The position numbers were made by a program, and so were the translations under genes. A model generated the notes under the pieces. The model was not told where the DNA came from. It saw only the letters and a list, made by a program, of their open reading frames with translations, and ran no database searches. Below are positions 20,801 to 29,454 of a stretch of 64,000 bases of DNA, one piece after another (position 1 is the first letter of the stretch; the number at the start of each line of letters is the position of its first letter). This stretch comes from Oscillospiraceae bacterium (GTDB taxonomy: Bacteria > Bacillota > Clostridia > Oscillospirales > CAG-272). The DNA lies in the NCBI GenBank assembly GCA_015065215.1, contig SVQT01000003.1, positions 28,249 to 92,248 of the forward strand, given 5' to 3'.

Positions 20801-21442
20801 CTGTATAATCCAATGCCTCATGCGGTGGATCTGAGCAAATATGTTTTGAAGCTTTGGCACGCCTCCGGTGTGGCGCCTTTGCCTGAGCGTTGCTTGGCGT
20901 TGGATGGCTACACCATTCCGGCGGGTGGCACGCTGACCGTTTGGGTAAAGCCAGCGGATGCCCCCTTGACAGCTGACGATTTCAATACCCGTTATGGCAC
21001 TTCTCTCATACAGGATCAGGATCTGATCGTGACCGAAAACCGCATTCTGACTGCCAATGGCGGCGGTCACATGCTGGATCTTGTCTTTCAAAAAGAGATC
21101 GTTTCCCGCGTGAGCTTTGGCAAATACTGCGTGTTAGACAACGATATTGCTGAGAATACGCCTCTTGTGTACGGTGACTTTACCGCTATGACCATGCGCC
21201 AACGCAAGCTGACGCTGCCCGAGGAGGCAATAGTCCTGCCCGGCGCGGTGCAAAAAGAGCAGCTTCCCGCGATCAAGAGGGGTGGCCGCCGCCGTCGTGA
21301 AATCCGGGAGGCGGAAAAAGCAGCGACCAAGCGCAGTATCATCACACGCCTGACAGAAGCGCCTTTGGTGCCCCTACAGGCAGCAAAGCTGATCGCTAGC
21401 GCCGTCTCGGCTGTGAAGCATATCTTTAGCTCTAAGGAATAA
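17882..21442 (+). CDS. Large multidomain metallohydrolase: lamin-tail domain (LTD) + Ig-like + PHP (CehA/McbA-like) + Ig-like + second LTD
   Basis: LTD motifs VSEL...MELYNPGTETVDL and ISKL...VELYNPMPHAVDL. PHP motifs HCHTLDSDG, AVTDH, GHMNV, FNHP, EDNH. Confidence 0.8.
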   Translation: MSAFEFFHAPATLAFRDRDLILQVMLPDEESSLVNLSLLYRVEETAQDRELRMLPIDGIVVEDSYSAYAVTIPAGELQKGQVLTYRFEREGAASETYHIRLQDPPVFPPFIVSELFPWGGGPVQCMELYNPGTETVDLYDFELVFLDKEGQIAKRNPLADGAGINLLAPGGIGVLNFVSSGVRKELEARAQEENPVFSYLAAQYPESCSDLAERGVQWMQVDLSYQNEKEEWHTKEGCFSIYHWLGEREYRVLPRGGTLSDAVYRMSVNPDKNHLHVRKFRSSLWTVDIADPSVAVCTHSRVMPTPGFADPYQYLPAPNAVTVPAILTLEPEGRVHLASGDCKIKFAALGPELALPTVFVKVEGAYRPYPAALNNNGIFEAVIPADTLGRMPGKLEYYIQVSGGLYTATYGTDKAPCVQRVTDNAGPAILRAYPAEGQFLEKEHTPEIALDYYDVSGVNLRTSILCVDGKNVSALADWQADGVRYRPEKPLSNGAHTFEVSLRDTLGNRTYRKIAFHICDGSKMECYRGEVHCHTLDSDGLGSPADALTYARDEGKVDYFAVTDHSHYLTLDEMRAQRKVADSFNVNGKYATMHGFEMTWNYTSGFWGHMNVLNTDWITPYHENIDLYSFYDMLVADPDAIGMFNHPCDAWGIFDDFDGWTPERDEKMCLAEIRGSGFDRGYTLMLSKGWHAAPVANEDNHAANWTTATTTTGYVLAPSLTRENVMEAFRRRRTYTTCDNTMKIRYRVNGEWMGSRLQAPKKLTADVEITTENENGIGLLSIVTEDNIVVARIDAGPLREFNWHVEMDPDFDYYYLRVNNGSLYSVTAPVFVEGRDLLQISQLSYGICAEDAETPHAIDVTVENKSGKTMKDVTVQYYVTPLGGFELRHLAPFASVHIGKLEAEESRTVSRFFPTVPGRRRVTAVVSGFCGKERYADTAYRLITPVRISKLVPQTAPITVGGEEIKNPFRYVELYNPMPHAVDLSKYVLKLWHASGVAPLPERCLALDGYTIPAGGTLTVWVKPADAPLTADDFNTRYGTSLIQDQDLIVTENRILTANGGGHMLDLVFQKEIVSRVSFGKYCVLDNDIAENTPLVYGDFTAMTMRQRKLTLPEEAIVLPGAVQKEQLPAIKRGGRRRREIREAEKAATKRSIITRLTEAPLVPLQAAKLIASAVSAVKHIFSSKE

Positions 21443-21446
21443 TCAA

Positions 21447-21478
21447 AAAAGCCCGTGTCCGGCCGGACACGGGCTTTT
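21447..21478. terminator. Bidirectional terminator (perfect palindrome)
   Basis: AAAAGCCCGTGTCCGG|CCGGACACGGGCTTTT. Confidence 0.8.
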
Positions 21479-21504
21479 ACGTTTTATGAGGCTTTGTGCT
21501 ATCC

Positions 21505-22368
21505 TTACAGTAGCACCGTCTGGGTGCCGTTTGCGGTGACATAGTGCGTTTTTACGCCTAAAATATCCATCCAGCGGCGGGTGAGTGCCACACCGTACAT
21601 ACGGATGCGCCCTCTTTTCTTTAGCTTTTCACGGTCTTGCAGCCAGCCGGGCAGCTCGGGCTCATTATAGAGCCAATCCCGGGCACACCACATACAGGCC
21701 TTAGGCATGATCTCGGCGTAAACGTGCATCTGCACGCATTCGTGACCGTGGTGAGCCATCTGCACGATGTCGGACTTTAAGAGATGGCGAGATTCGTCAA
21801 AGAGAATATCACCGCCGTCGGGGCCGAGGTCGCCCAAAAAGAGTACCGTTTTGCGTGGGGTGGTCAATTTAAAGACCATGGAGCTGTCGTTCATGGGGTT
21901 GGCGTAAAGTCCATCGTGCGTGGTGTAGAGAATGTCGATCTTTACCTCATCCACCTGAATGCTCTCGCCCTGCTGCGCGATGTGCACGCGGTCGCCAAGG
22001 CAGGGAACAAGGCGGTTGAATTTGGGAATCTGCTCGTTCAGCTCGTTGCGCATATAGGTGGGGTTGGGGGCCTCGTCCACATGCTTCATCCATTCATCGT
22101 AGTCGGGGAAGTGGTAGTAGAGCTTTTCCAGGTCGAAATCGGCCAGGCCGTTCTTTTCCATCTCGCTCATAATGCCCGTAATGTGATCGCAATGGGCGTG
22201 AGTTAAAAACCACGCGCTGATGTGTCTGCCGCCTACGTATTCCTTTAAGAGGGGCATATCCTCGGGTCTGCCACCGTCCACCACGATGCAGTTGTTCTGC
22301 TCGGTGAAGATGACAAAGGACATCATGTAAGGGCTGGTTTCGGTCAGCATGTAAAGGGTGGTCTGCAT
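21505..22368 (-). CDS. MBL-fold metallo-hydrolase (ComEC/Rec2-like domain)
   Basis: THAHCDH, NDSSMV, LFLGD and QMAHHG motifs. Confidence 0.85.
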   Translation of the reverse strand: MQTTLYMLTETSPYMMSFVIFTEQNNCIVVDGGRPEDMPLLKEYVGGRHISAWFLTHAHCDHITGIMSEMEKNGLADFDLEKLYYHFPDYDEWMKHVDEAPNPTYMRNELNEQIPKFNRLVPCLGDRVHIAQQGESIQVDEVKIDILYTTHDGLYANPMNDSSMVFKLTTPRKTVLFLGDLGPDGGDILFDESRHLLKSDIVQMAHHGHECVQMHVYAEIMPKACMWCARDWLYNEPELPGWLQDREKLKKRGRIRMYGVALTRRWMDILGVKTHYVTANGTQTVLL

Positions 22369-22432
22369 AAAAGCACCTCCGGCTCTTTTTTTTCATTATA
22401 TCAAATCAAGCGGCACAAAACAAGTAAAAAAC

Positions 22433-22468
22433 GCAAAAAGGACGAGAAAATCTTCTCGTCCTTTTTGC
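22433..22468 (-). terminator. Intrinsic terminator after the GDPD gene
   Basis: GCAAAAAGGACGAGAA-aatc-TTCTCGTCCTTTTTGC. Confidence 0.8.
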
Positions 22469-22473
22469 ATTCG

Positions 22474-23202
22474 TTACTCCAAAATGTTCGAGGTGATCAT
22501 GTCAACGCCGAGGGCGATGACACGCTCGGCATCCTCCGGCTTATCCACCGTCCAGCAGTTGACTTTGAAGTCATTTGCGTGGCAGGTATCCACGATTTCC
22601 TTGGTCAATACCTTGTGGTAGATGTCCAGATCCACGTTTTGATCCTTAAGCATCTCCAGCCAGTTTTCGGGAACGGTTTTTCCGATCAAAAACTGCGCGG
22701 ACTGGGTGGGATATTTGCGGCGCAGATAAACCAAATTGTCGTAGCAGAAGGAAATAAAGGTGGTGTGATCCAGATAATCCAGTCCCGCGATGATGTCACA
22801 GATCTCGTAAATATCCTGCTCCTCGAAGGCGTTCTTCAGCTCCAGCACCGCTTCCTTTTCATAGTACTTGCAAATGCCGATGTACTCCTCCAGCGAGGGG
22901 AGGACGAGGTCGGAGCGATCCTTTACGTGGGTGGCCTTGTTGCGCAGCACAAGCTTGCGCAGGGTATCAAAGGTAGATTTCTCCACCACTAGGTCGTCGA
23001 TGGCTACGCGAGCGGTGGTGTCGTCATGAATGATGATATACTTGCCGTCAAGGGTCTTGTGAACGTCGGTCTCAATGCCAAAGTAGGAGCGGTTTCCGGC
23101 GGCAACAAAGGCGGCGTTGGTGTTTTCACGCTCCAGACCGCTACAGCCACGGTGCGCAATCATCAATGGCTTTTTTTCGGCGGTGATCTTGATCGTATTC
23201 AT
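22474..23202 (-). CDS. Glycerophosphodiester phosphodiesterase family protein
   Basis: IAHRG, ENT, IETDV, IIHD, ELK, WTVD motifs. Confidence 0.93.
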   Translation of the reverse strand: MNTIKITAEKKPLMIAHRGCSGLERENTNAAFVAAGNRSYFGIETDVHKTLDGKYIIIHDDTTARVAIDDLVVEKSTFDTLRKLVLRNKATHVKDRSDLVLPSLEEYIGICKYYEKEAVLELKNAFEEQDIYEICDIIAGLDYLDHTTFISFCYDNLVYLRRKYPTQSAQFLIGKTVPENWLEMLKDQNVDLDIYHKVLTKEIVDTCHANDFKVNCWTVDKPEDAERVIALGVDMITSNILE

Positions 23203-23235
23203 ACTAAAACCTCACTTTTCTGATACCGTTAGCGG

Positions 23236-24891
23236 TTATTTTTTAGGGAAGCTATCCTTCAGACCGACCACGCGATTGAAGGTGTTCTCGTACTTGGAAT
23301 CCTTGCAGTAGTAGCCGTCGCGAACGAATTGGAATTTGTCGCCCACCTTGGCATCCGCCAATGCGATCTCGACCTTGGCGTTCTCTACCTTGGTCAGGGA
23401 TTCGGGGTTGAGATAGTCGTTATAGGTCTTGCCCTCGGGCAGATCGCCGGGGTTCTCAATGGTCAGCAGGTTGTTGTAGAGCATCAAGGTCGCATCCTTG
23501 GCGTACTTGGCGGAGAGCCAATGGATGGTGCCTTTGATCTTGCGGCCGTCAGCGGGCATGCCGTTGCGCGTTTCCAGATCGGCGGTGCAGCGGATGCGCT
23601 CCACGTTGCCGTCCTGATCCTTCACGATCTCGTTGCAGCGCACGATATAGGCGCCCATCAGTCGCACCTCACCGTCCGGCTTCATGCGGAAGAACTTGGG
23701 AGGCGGCACCTCGGCAAAATCATCGGCGTCGATATAGATTTCACGGGTAAAGGGCATAGCGCGGGTGCCCATATCCGGGTTTTGCGGATGGTTGGGCAGG
23801 TCGAAGGTCTCCTCCTTGTTCGCGTCGTAGTTGGTGATCTCAACCAAAATAGGCTTCTTGATGGCAATGCGCCGGGGGGCGTTCTCGTTGAGCTCGTCGC
23901 GGATGCAGTGCTCCAGCATACCAATATCTACCAGGCTATCCGATTTGGCAACACCCGCCTCACGGACAAAGCGGAAGATCGAGGTGGGGGTGTAGCCGCG
24001 GCGGCGCAGGGCGCAGATGGTGGGCAGACGGGGGTCATCCCAACCGTCTACGGTGTGGCTTTCCACCAACGAGCGCAGATAGCGCTTGGACATGACCGTG
24101 TTGGTGATGTTGAGGCGTGCGAACTCACGCTGCTTGGGCGGCTTTTCAAAGCCGATATTATCAATGACCCACTCGTAAAGGGGACGATGATTTTCAAACT
24201 CCAACGAGCAAAGCGAGTGCGTAATACCTTCCAATGCGTCCTGAATGGGGTGCGCGTAGTCATAAAGGGGATAGATGCACCACTGATCGCCCTGACGGTG
24301 GTGGTGCGCGCGCACGATGCGGTAGATGGCAGGGTCACGCATATTGATATTGGGCGATGCCATATCAATCTTGGCACGTAGGGTCTTGGCGCCATCCGGG
24401 AACTCGCCGTCGCGCATCCGGGTAAACAGATCCAGATTTTCCTCTACGGTGCGGTTGCGGTAGGGGCTCTCGGTGCCCTTTTCGGTCAAGGTACCACGGG
24501 TGGCGCGCAATTCCTCGGCGGAAAGGTCGCAGACGTATGCCTTGCCGTCCTTGATCAGCTTGATGGCGAATTCATAGCACTTTTCAAAGTAATCAGAGCC
24601 GTAGAACACGCCGCCCGTGGGGGTGGCACCCAGCCAGCAAAGATCCTCATAGATCGAGTCAACGTATTCGGTATCTTCTTTGGTGGGATTGGTGTCGTCA
24701 TAGCGCAGATTGAAAAGTCCGCCATATTTCTTGGCCGCTTCCACATTGATCATGATGGCCTTGGCGGAGCCGATGTGCAGATAGCCGTTGGGCTCGGGTG
24801 GGAAGCGGGTGTGAATTTTCAGGTTGGGATCACGGCGCAGGTCTTCGTCAATAATATCGTGTATAAAATTGCTTGCAATGAGTTCTTCCAT
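23236..24891 (-). CDS. glnS: Glutamine--tRNA ligase
   Basis: TRFPPEPNGYLHIG, DDTNP, MSKR, GWDDPRLPT, KGTIHW and FQFVRDGY motifs. Confidence 0.97.
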   Translation of the reverse strand: MEELIASNFIHDIIDEDLRRDPNLKIHTRFPPEPNGYLHIGSAKAIMINVEAAKKYGGLFNLRYDDTNPTKEDTEYVDSIYEDLCWLGATPTGGVFYGSDYFEKCYEFAIKLIKDGKAYVCDLSAEELRATRGTLTEKGTESPYRNRTVEENLDLFTRMRDGEFPDGAKTLRAKIDMASPNINMRDPAIYRIVRAHHHRQGDQWCIYPLYDYAHPIQDALEGITHSLCSLEFENHRPLYEWVIDNIGFEKPPKQREFARLNITNTVMSKRYLRSLVESHTVDGWDDPRLPTICALRRRGYTPTSIFRFVREAGVAKSDSLVDIGMLEHCIRDELNENAPRRIAIKKPILVEITNYDANKEETFDLPNHPQNPDMGTRAMPFTREIYIDADDFAEVPPPKFFRMKPDGEVRLMGAYIVRCNEIVKDQDGNVERIRCTADLETRNGMPADGRKIKGTIHWLSAKYAKDATLMLYNNLLTIENPGDLPEGKTYNDYLNPESLTKVENAKVEIALADAKVGDKFQFVRDGYYCKDSKYENTFNRVVGLKDSFPKK

Positions 24892-24921
24892 AATTTTACC
24901 TTTTCTATATTCAAATTTTTA

Positions 24922-26571
24922 TCAAAGGGTTTCAAGCATGGCATTGATACGGGCGATGACACGGTCGGCGCCCAGCACCTGCATAACAGCGTACATATCG
25001 GGCGAGTTGAGGCGACCGGTTACCGCTACACGCAGGAACATGCTGACATCGGCAATGCTACCGGCAAAGGCACCGGGATTTTCACGGTAAGCCTTCATGT
25101 CCGAGGCAAAGCCGAGGCTGTCAGCAATTGCCTTGATTTTCTCAAACCAGAGGTTGCTATCGTCAGAGGGATCAAAGGTTGCCTTAAAGCGATCCAGCAC
25201 TGCCTTGATGTCGGCTTTTTTAAATTGGGCGGGATAAGCGTCGGTCACAGCAAACCAATCGTCATAGAAGAAGTCCAGATAAGGCTTGACGTCTGCCCAT
25301 ACCGCAAAATCCTTACGGGGCTTTTTGCCGCCGCGGCCAATAGCCAAAATGGCTTTCGCGTAAGCGGGATCGGCCGTCAGGTGATCGAAGAGATCTTTGT
25401 CATAGTCTTTGGCAAAAGAGACGACTTCTTCATAAACACGCTCGGCACTCATACGGGATATGACATTTTTAGAAACGTCACGCAGCTTTGCCTCGTCAAA
25501 AAGCGATCCGGCGGGGTTCATCTTTTTGTGAGAGAACTTGAAGCTGTCAACCGGAGCGTCGGGGTTGGCACGGCGCCAGTCTTCAAAGTTGGAGTTCAGT
25601 ACCGTCATGAGATATTCGTAAACCGACTGTACCGGGAAGCCTGCGGCGCGGTAATAGGTCAAGGCCAATTCGGGATCCTTTCGCTTGGAAAGCTTTCGCT
25701 TGCTATCTCCATCCATTTTCATCAAAGGGCCGATATGGAGATACTTGGGGGGCTTGAAGCCAAGTGAACGGAAGAGCTGTAGATGGAAGGGGAGGGTTGG
25801 CAACCATTCGTCCCCACGAACCACGTGGGTGGTGCGCATCAAGTGATCGTCTACCGCATGGGCAAAGTGATAGGTGGGGATGCCGTCAGATTTCAGCAAA
25901 ACATGGTCAATATCGTTCTCGGTCAGCTCCAAATTGCCTTTGATCAGATCGGTGAACTTGATTTTGTTTTCGATTGATCCGGTAGAGCGGAAACGGAGTA
26001 CATAGGGCATGCCGTTGGCAATGGCCTCTTTGATCTCTTCAATCGAACGGTCACGCCAGATTGCCCATTTGCCAAAATAGCCGAAATTGGCCTTCTCCGC
26101 CTCTTGCCTGGCGTGAATGTCGGCAAGCTCCTCCTCGGTGCAAAAGCAAGGATAAGCCTGGCCCTGCAAAACCAGCTGTTTTGCGTAAACATGGTAGATT
26201 TCTACACGTTGGCGTTGACGGTAAGGACCGTAATGGCCAGCGTCGCCATCTATGGTGGCACCCTCGTCAAAGTTGATGTCGTAGTGCTTTAGTCCCTCGA
26301 TCAGCGTCTGAACGGCACCGGGCACTTCACGCTTGGCGTCGGTATCCTCTACGCGAAGGAAGAGCAAACCACCGGATTGGTGGCACATGCGCTCGGAGGT
26401 CAGGCCCTGTACCAGATTGCCCAGATGGACAAAGCCGGTAGGACTGGGAGCCATGCGGGAGACCACTGCGCCTTCCGGAAGATTGCGGACGGGGAAGCGG
26501 GCTTCCATATCCTCGGGGGTCAGCGTTACATGCGGAAATAGCAACTCGGCAAGTGCGTTCGTGTCTAACAT
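24922..26571 (-). CDS. gltX: Glutamate--tRNA ligase (long form)
   Basis: RMAPSPTGFVHLGN, EDTD, PTYHFAHAVDDH, RGDEW, KLSKR motifs. Confidence 0.95.
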   Translation of the reverse strand: MLDTNALAELLFPHVTLTPEDMEARFPVRNLPEGAVVSRMAPSPTGFVHLGNLVQGLTSERMCHQSGGLLFLRVEDTDAKREVPGAVQTLIEGLKHYDINFDEGATIDGDAGHYGPYRQRQRVEIYHVYAKQLVLQGQAYPCFCTEEELADIHARQEAEKANFGYFGKWAIWRDRSIEEIKEAIANGMPYVLRFRSTGSIENKIKFTDLIKGNLELTENDIDHVLLKSDGIPTYHFAHAVDDHLMRTTHVVRGDEWLPTLPFHLQLFRSLGFKPPKYLHIGPLMKMDGDSKRKLSKRKDPELALTYYRAAGFPVQSVYEYLMTVLNSNFEDWRRANPDAPVDSFKFSHKKMNPAGSLFDEAKLRDVSKNVISRMSAERVYEEVVSFAKDYDKDLFDHLTADPAYAKAILAIGRGGKKPRKDFAVWADVKPYLDFFYDDWFAVTDAYPAQFKKADIKAVLDRFKATFDPSDDSNLWFEKIKAIADSLGFASDMKAYRENPGAFAGSIADVSMFLRVAVTGRLNSPDMYAVMQVLGADRVIARINAMLETL

Positions 26572-26589
26572 TTTGATACCTCGAATCGT

Positions 26590-27195
26590 TTAAAATAGGC
26601 GATCAAGCGCCATACCCAGCGTGGTGCTTGGTCCGTGTCCCGGGTAGATTTTCATCTCTTTGGGCAGCTGAGATAGTCCCCGCAAGGAGGCCAGCAGTGC
26701 CTGCTCATTTCCGCCGTAAAGATCGGTTCGTCCATACCCCGCGGCAAAGATGGTATCGCCGGTAAAGGCAATATCCGCCGTCAGTAGCACACAGGAGCCT
26801 TTGGAGTGACCGGGGGTGTGCCGTACTGTCAGTGTGATTGAGCCGAAGGTTAATTTGTCGCCATCGGCAAAGGTATGATCGGCGGGCAGCCAGCTTTTTT
26901 GGTGATTGAAAAATAGGGCGTAAGCGTTTTTGTGGCAGTCGGTCAGCATTTCCGCGTCTGCCTCGTGCAGATGAAGCGGAACGCCAAAGCGGGTACGCAA
27001 TTGATCAGCGGATAGAATGTGATCAAAGTGCCCGTGTGTGCAGAGAATGGCCTTTAATGTGGCACGGTGCTCTTGCAAAGCGGCCTCAACGGCAGGGGTG
27101 GGTGCCGAACAGTCAATGAGCAAGGCATCCGGCCCATTCAAGAGCAAATAGCAAGACGAAGAAAAACCACCCGGATAGAGATTGATGATTTTCGT
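26590..27195 (-). CDS. MBL-fold metallo-hydrolase (glyoxalase II/YcbL-like), probable ACG start
   Basis: THGHFDH, HTPGHS, FTGD, GRTDL, YPGHG motifs. GGAGG-N8-ACG AAA ATC ATC gives the expected N-terminus (M)KIINLYPG. Confidence 0.9.
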   Translation of the reverse strand, partial: TKIINLYPGGFSSSCYLLLNGPDALLIDCSAPTPAVEAALQEHRATLKAILCTHGHFDHILSADQLRTRFGVPLHLHEADAEMLTDCHKNAYALFFNHQKSWLPADHTFADGDKLTFGSITLTVRHTPGHSKGSCVLLTADIAFTGDTIFAAGYGRTDLYGGNEQALLASLRGLSQLPKEMKIYPGHGPSTTLGMALDRLF

Positions 27196-27298
27196 TTCTC
27201 TCACCTCCGCGCTAATCAATACAAAGTAAGTATACCACATTCCCGCTGCTTTGTCTACCGTTTCCACCAAATATTATAATAAAAATGAAGGTATATCA

Positions 27299-27332
27299 AA
27301 AAATTCCTGCCGGCTTGCCGGCAGGAATTTTT
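27299..27332 (-). terminator. Terminator after the solute-binding protein gene
   Basis: AAAAATTCCTGCCGGC-tt-GCCGGCAGGAATTTTT. Confidence 0.8.
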
Positions 27333-27344
27333 GGGAGTGGAATA

Positions 27345-29225
27345 TTACTCTTCCTCTTCTTCTTCCTCGATAACAACGAATTCGTCGCGGAGCGCAATGT
27401 TCCAATAGTTTTTCAACTTGACCTCAGTCAAAATTGAGCAGCAGTAGAAGGTGCTGTCCAGTTTGGAAATACCCTTTGCTTTTACGGTGGCATTTTGGTT
27501 ATAAACGATCGGGATCACCGGCATCTCGTCCATCAGAATCGCTTCTGCCTCATGCAATCGGTCGGCGCGAGCATTGAAATCTTCCGCGGCAAAGGCTTCT
27601 TCAATTTTGTTGTTGTAAGCCTCGCTGTCATAACCGATGATATGACCTTGCAGGTTGTAATCGGTATGGTTATATTTGTTGCCGGAGAAGGCCTTTGCGA
27701 ACGGAGCCAGATAAGAGAAGGCATCGGGGGAGTAGGCGATCAAATCCAAGGCGATGGCCTCGACCACATGCTCGGTGGTTCCCTCGCTATCCTCGGTGGT
27801 GTAGATCAGATCGTCGATTGCGTCTTTATAGGGGTTGGAGAAAATGCCGGAAGGCTTTGCGACTTCGGGGGTGTCGGGATTGCTGTCATCGTCAACATAG
27901 TCGATGATTTCGAAAGGCGTCAGTATGTTCAGCGAAACGTTAAAGCCAAGCGACGACCAAGCGGCTTTTACCAAATTTGCCATAGCGATATGATCTTCAT
28001 CATAAGAAGCGACGGTGATCGAGAAGGAGTAGGAGCCGGGGGTCACGCCGGCAGTGGAAAGCAGTGTTTTGGCTTCATTGATGTTAGCGGTAGAAGCGAT
28101 GTAGGATTCTGCCTTCGCGCGGAAGGTGGCCTTTTTGTCAGGTCTGTTACGCAAAGTGCAGGGCACCAAGCCGTCAGCGGCAATGGCATAAACCATTGCT
28201 TCAGCGATGGCAGAGCGGTCGATGGCAAGCGACAGCGCCTGTCTGACTTCTTTCTTGGCGAATAGCTTTTCGCCGTTGATCTCTGCGTTTTCGTTGAGAT
28301 AATAAACATGCGTAGAAGCGGCATCGGTGACCTCAACCTCGTCCAGCGCGAATTCGCCGCCCTGGCGCACCGCCAACGGGATACGGCCAAAGTAGTAAAG
28401 GGCGCCGGCCTCACTGCTGCCCAGCATAGCGAACTGCTCGGCAAGGTCAGTGGAGTAATCCACCACAATACGGTAGGGACGAACCCGCTTATCCAAGTCA
28501 TCTTTGTTGCGGTCACGGTAGTAGTAGCTGTTACGCTCCAGGATGAACCCGTCTTTTTCGGTGTAGCTCATAGAACGAACCATGAAAGGACCGGTGGTAA
28601 AGATGGTTGTGCTTTTCTTGCCCCAGTCGGGATTGGCATCAATGATGTCGTCACGCAGAGGGTAGAGAGCGGGACTGCAAAGAACCAATAGGAACTCATC
28701 CACGTCGATGGGGTGCTCAAAGGCGATCTCCAAGGTGGCATTATCAACAACGGTAACGCCCAGATGGCCTACCGAGTCATCCCCTGCCGCAATGGCACGG
28801 GCATTTTTGATGTCATACAGCATAGAGACAGCGGGGTGGGTAAAGTTAGGCGCCAGCAAACGAAGGAAAGCGTATTGCGCGTCGTTTGCGGTTACGGGAA
28901 CACCGTCAGACCATTTGGTATCTTTTAAGGTCAGCTGTAGGATGTAATCGCCCTCTTCTTTGTCTTCGGTGTATTTGTATTTATCCACCAAACCCTTTTG
29001 GGGCTTGCCGTTTTCGTCGGCGTAGAAAAGGCCTTCAAACAAAAGGCTGACAAGCTGCAAGGTGGCCTCATTATCAAAGGCTTGCAAGGGATCCACGTCG
29101 TAAATTGGCTCGGTCAGATACATGCGGATATATGCGCCTTTATCCTCTTCGTTTTTGGCGCAACCGACCAGGCAGAGCAGAACGGTTGCCACGCAAAGGA
29201 TCAGCGCTATCATTCGTTTCGTCAT
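27345..29225 (-). CDS. Family 5 (OppA/DppA-type) solute-binding lipoprotein
   Basis: Lipobox LVGC, KWSDGVPVTAND, TGPF, VRQALSLAIDR, AEAILMDEMPVIPIVY motifs. Confidence 0.92.
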   Translation of the reverse strand: MTKRMIALILCVATVLLCLVGCAKNEEDKGAYIRMYLTEPIYDVDPLQAFDNEATLQLVSLLFEGLFYADENGKPQKGLVDKYKYTEDKEEGDYILQLTLKDTKWSDGVPVTANDAQYAFLRLLAPNFTHPAVSMLYDIKNARAIAAGDDSVGHLGVTVVDNATLEIAFEHPIDVDEFLLVLCSPALYPLRDDIIDANPDWGKKSTTIFTTGPFMVRSMSYTEKDGFILERNSYYYRDRNKDDLDKRVRPYRIVVDYSTDLAEQFAMLGSSEAGALYYFGRIPLAVRQGGEFALDEVEVTDAASTHVYYLNENAEINGEKLFAKKEVRQALSLAIDRSAIAEAMVYAIAADGLVPCTLRNRPDKKATFRAKAESYIASTANINEAKTLLSTAGVTPGSYSFSITVASYDEDHIAMANLVKAAWSSLGFNVSLNILTPFEIIDYVDDDSNPDTPEVAKPSGIFSNPYKDAIDDLIYTTEDSEGTTEHVVEAIALDLIAYSPDAFSYLAPFAKAFSGNKYNHTDYNLQGHIIGYDSEAYNNKIEEAFAAEDFNARADRLHEAEAILMDEMPVIPIVYNQNATVKAKGISKLDSTFYCCSILTEVKLKNYWNIALRDEFVVIEEEEEEE

Positions 29226-29454
29226 TTCGGTAATCCTCCTTGACTTGGTTGTTGAAAACACAGCATAATTTCAATGCCATTTTAACATTCCATATTATAA
29301 CACAATCTGCGTTCGAATTCAAGCGTTCGGGCCAACAAAATAAAAAGGTTTGGACACTTGCACAATGTTTTGTGACAAAATTGGGCAGTTTACACATAGA
29401 TGAGAGAAAAAAAGGGAATATAAATTTAAAACACACGTGAAGGGGAGGGCGTTT

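Noticed and set aside
29394-29423. Sigma-F/G promoter for gpr (ACATA-N15-GGGAATATAA)
   Set aside because: Biologically expected but only a partial consensus match in AT-rich DNA. Too weak to list as a feature.
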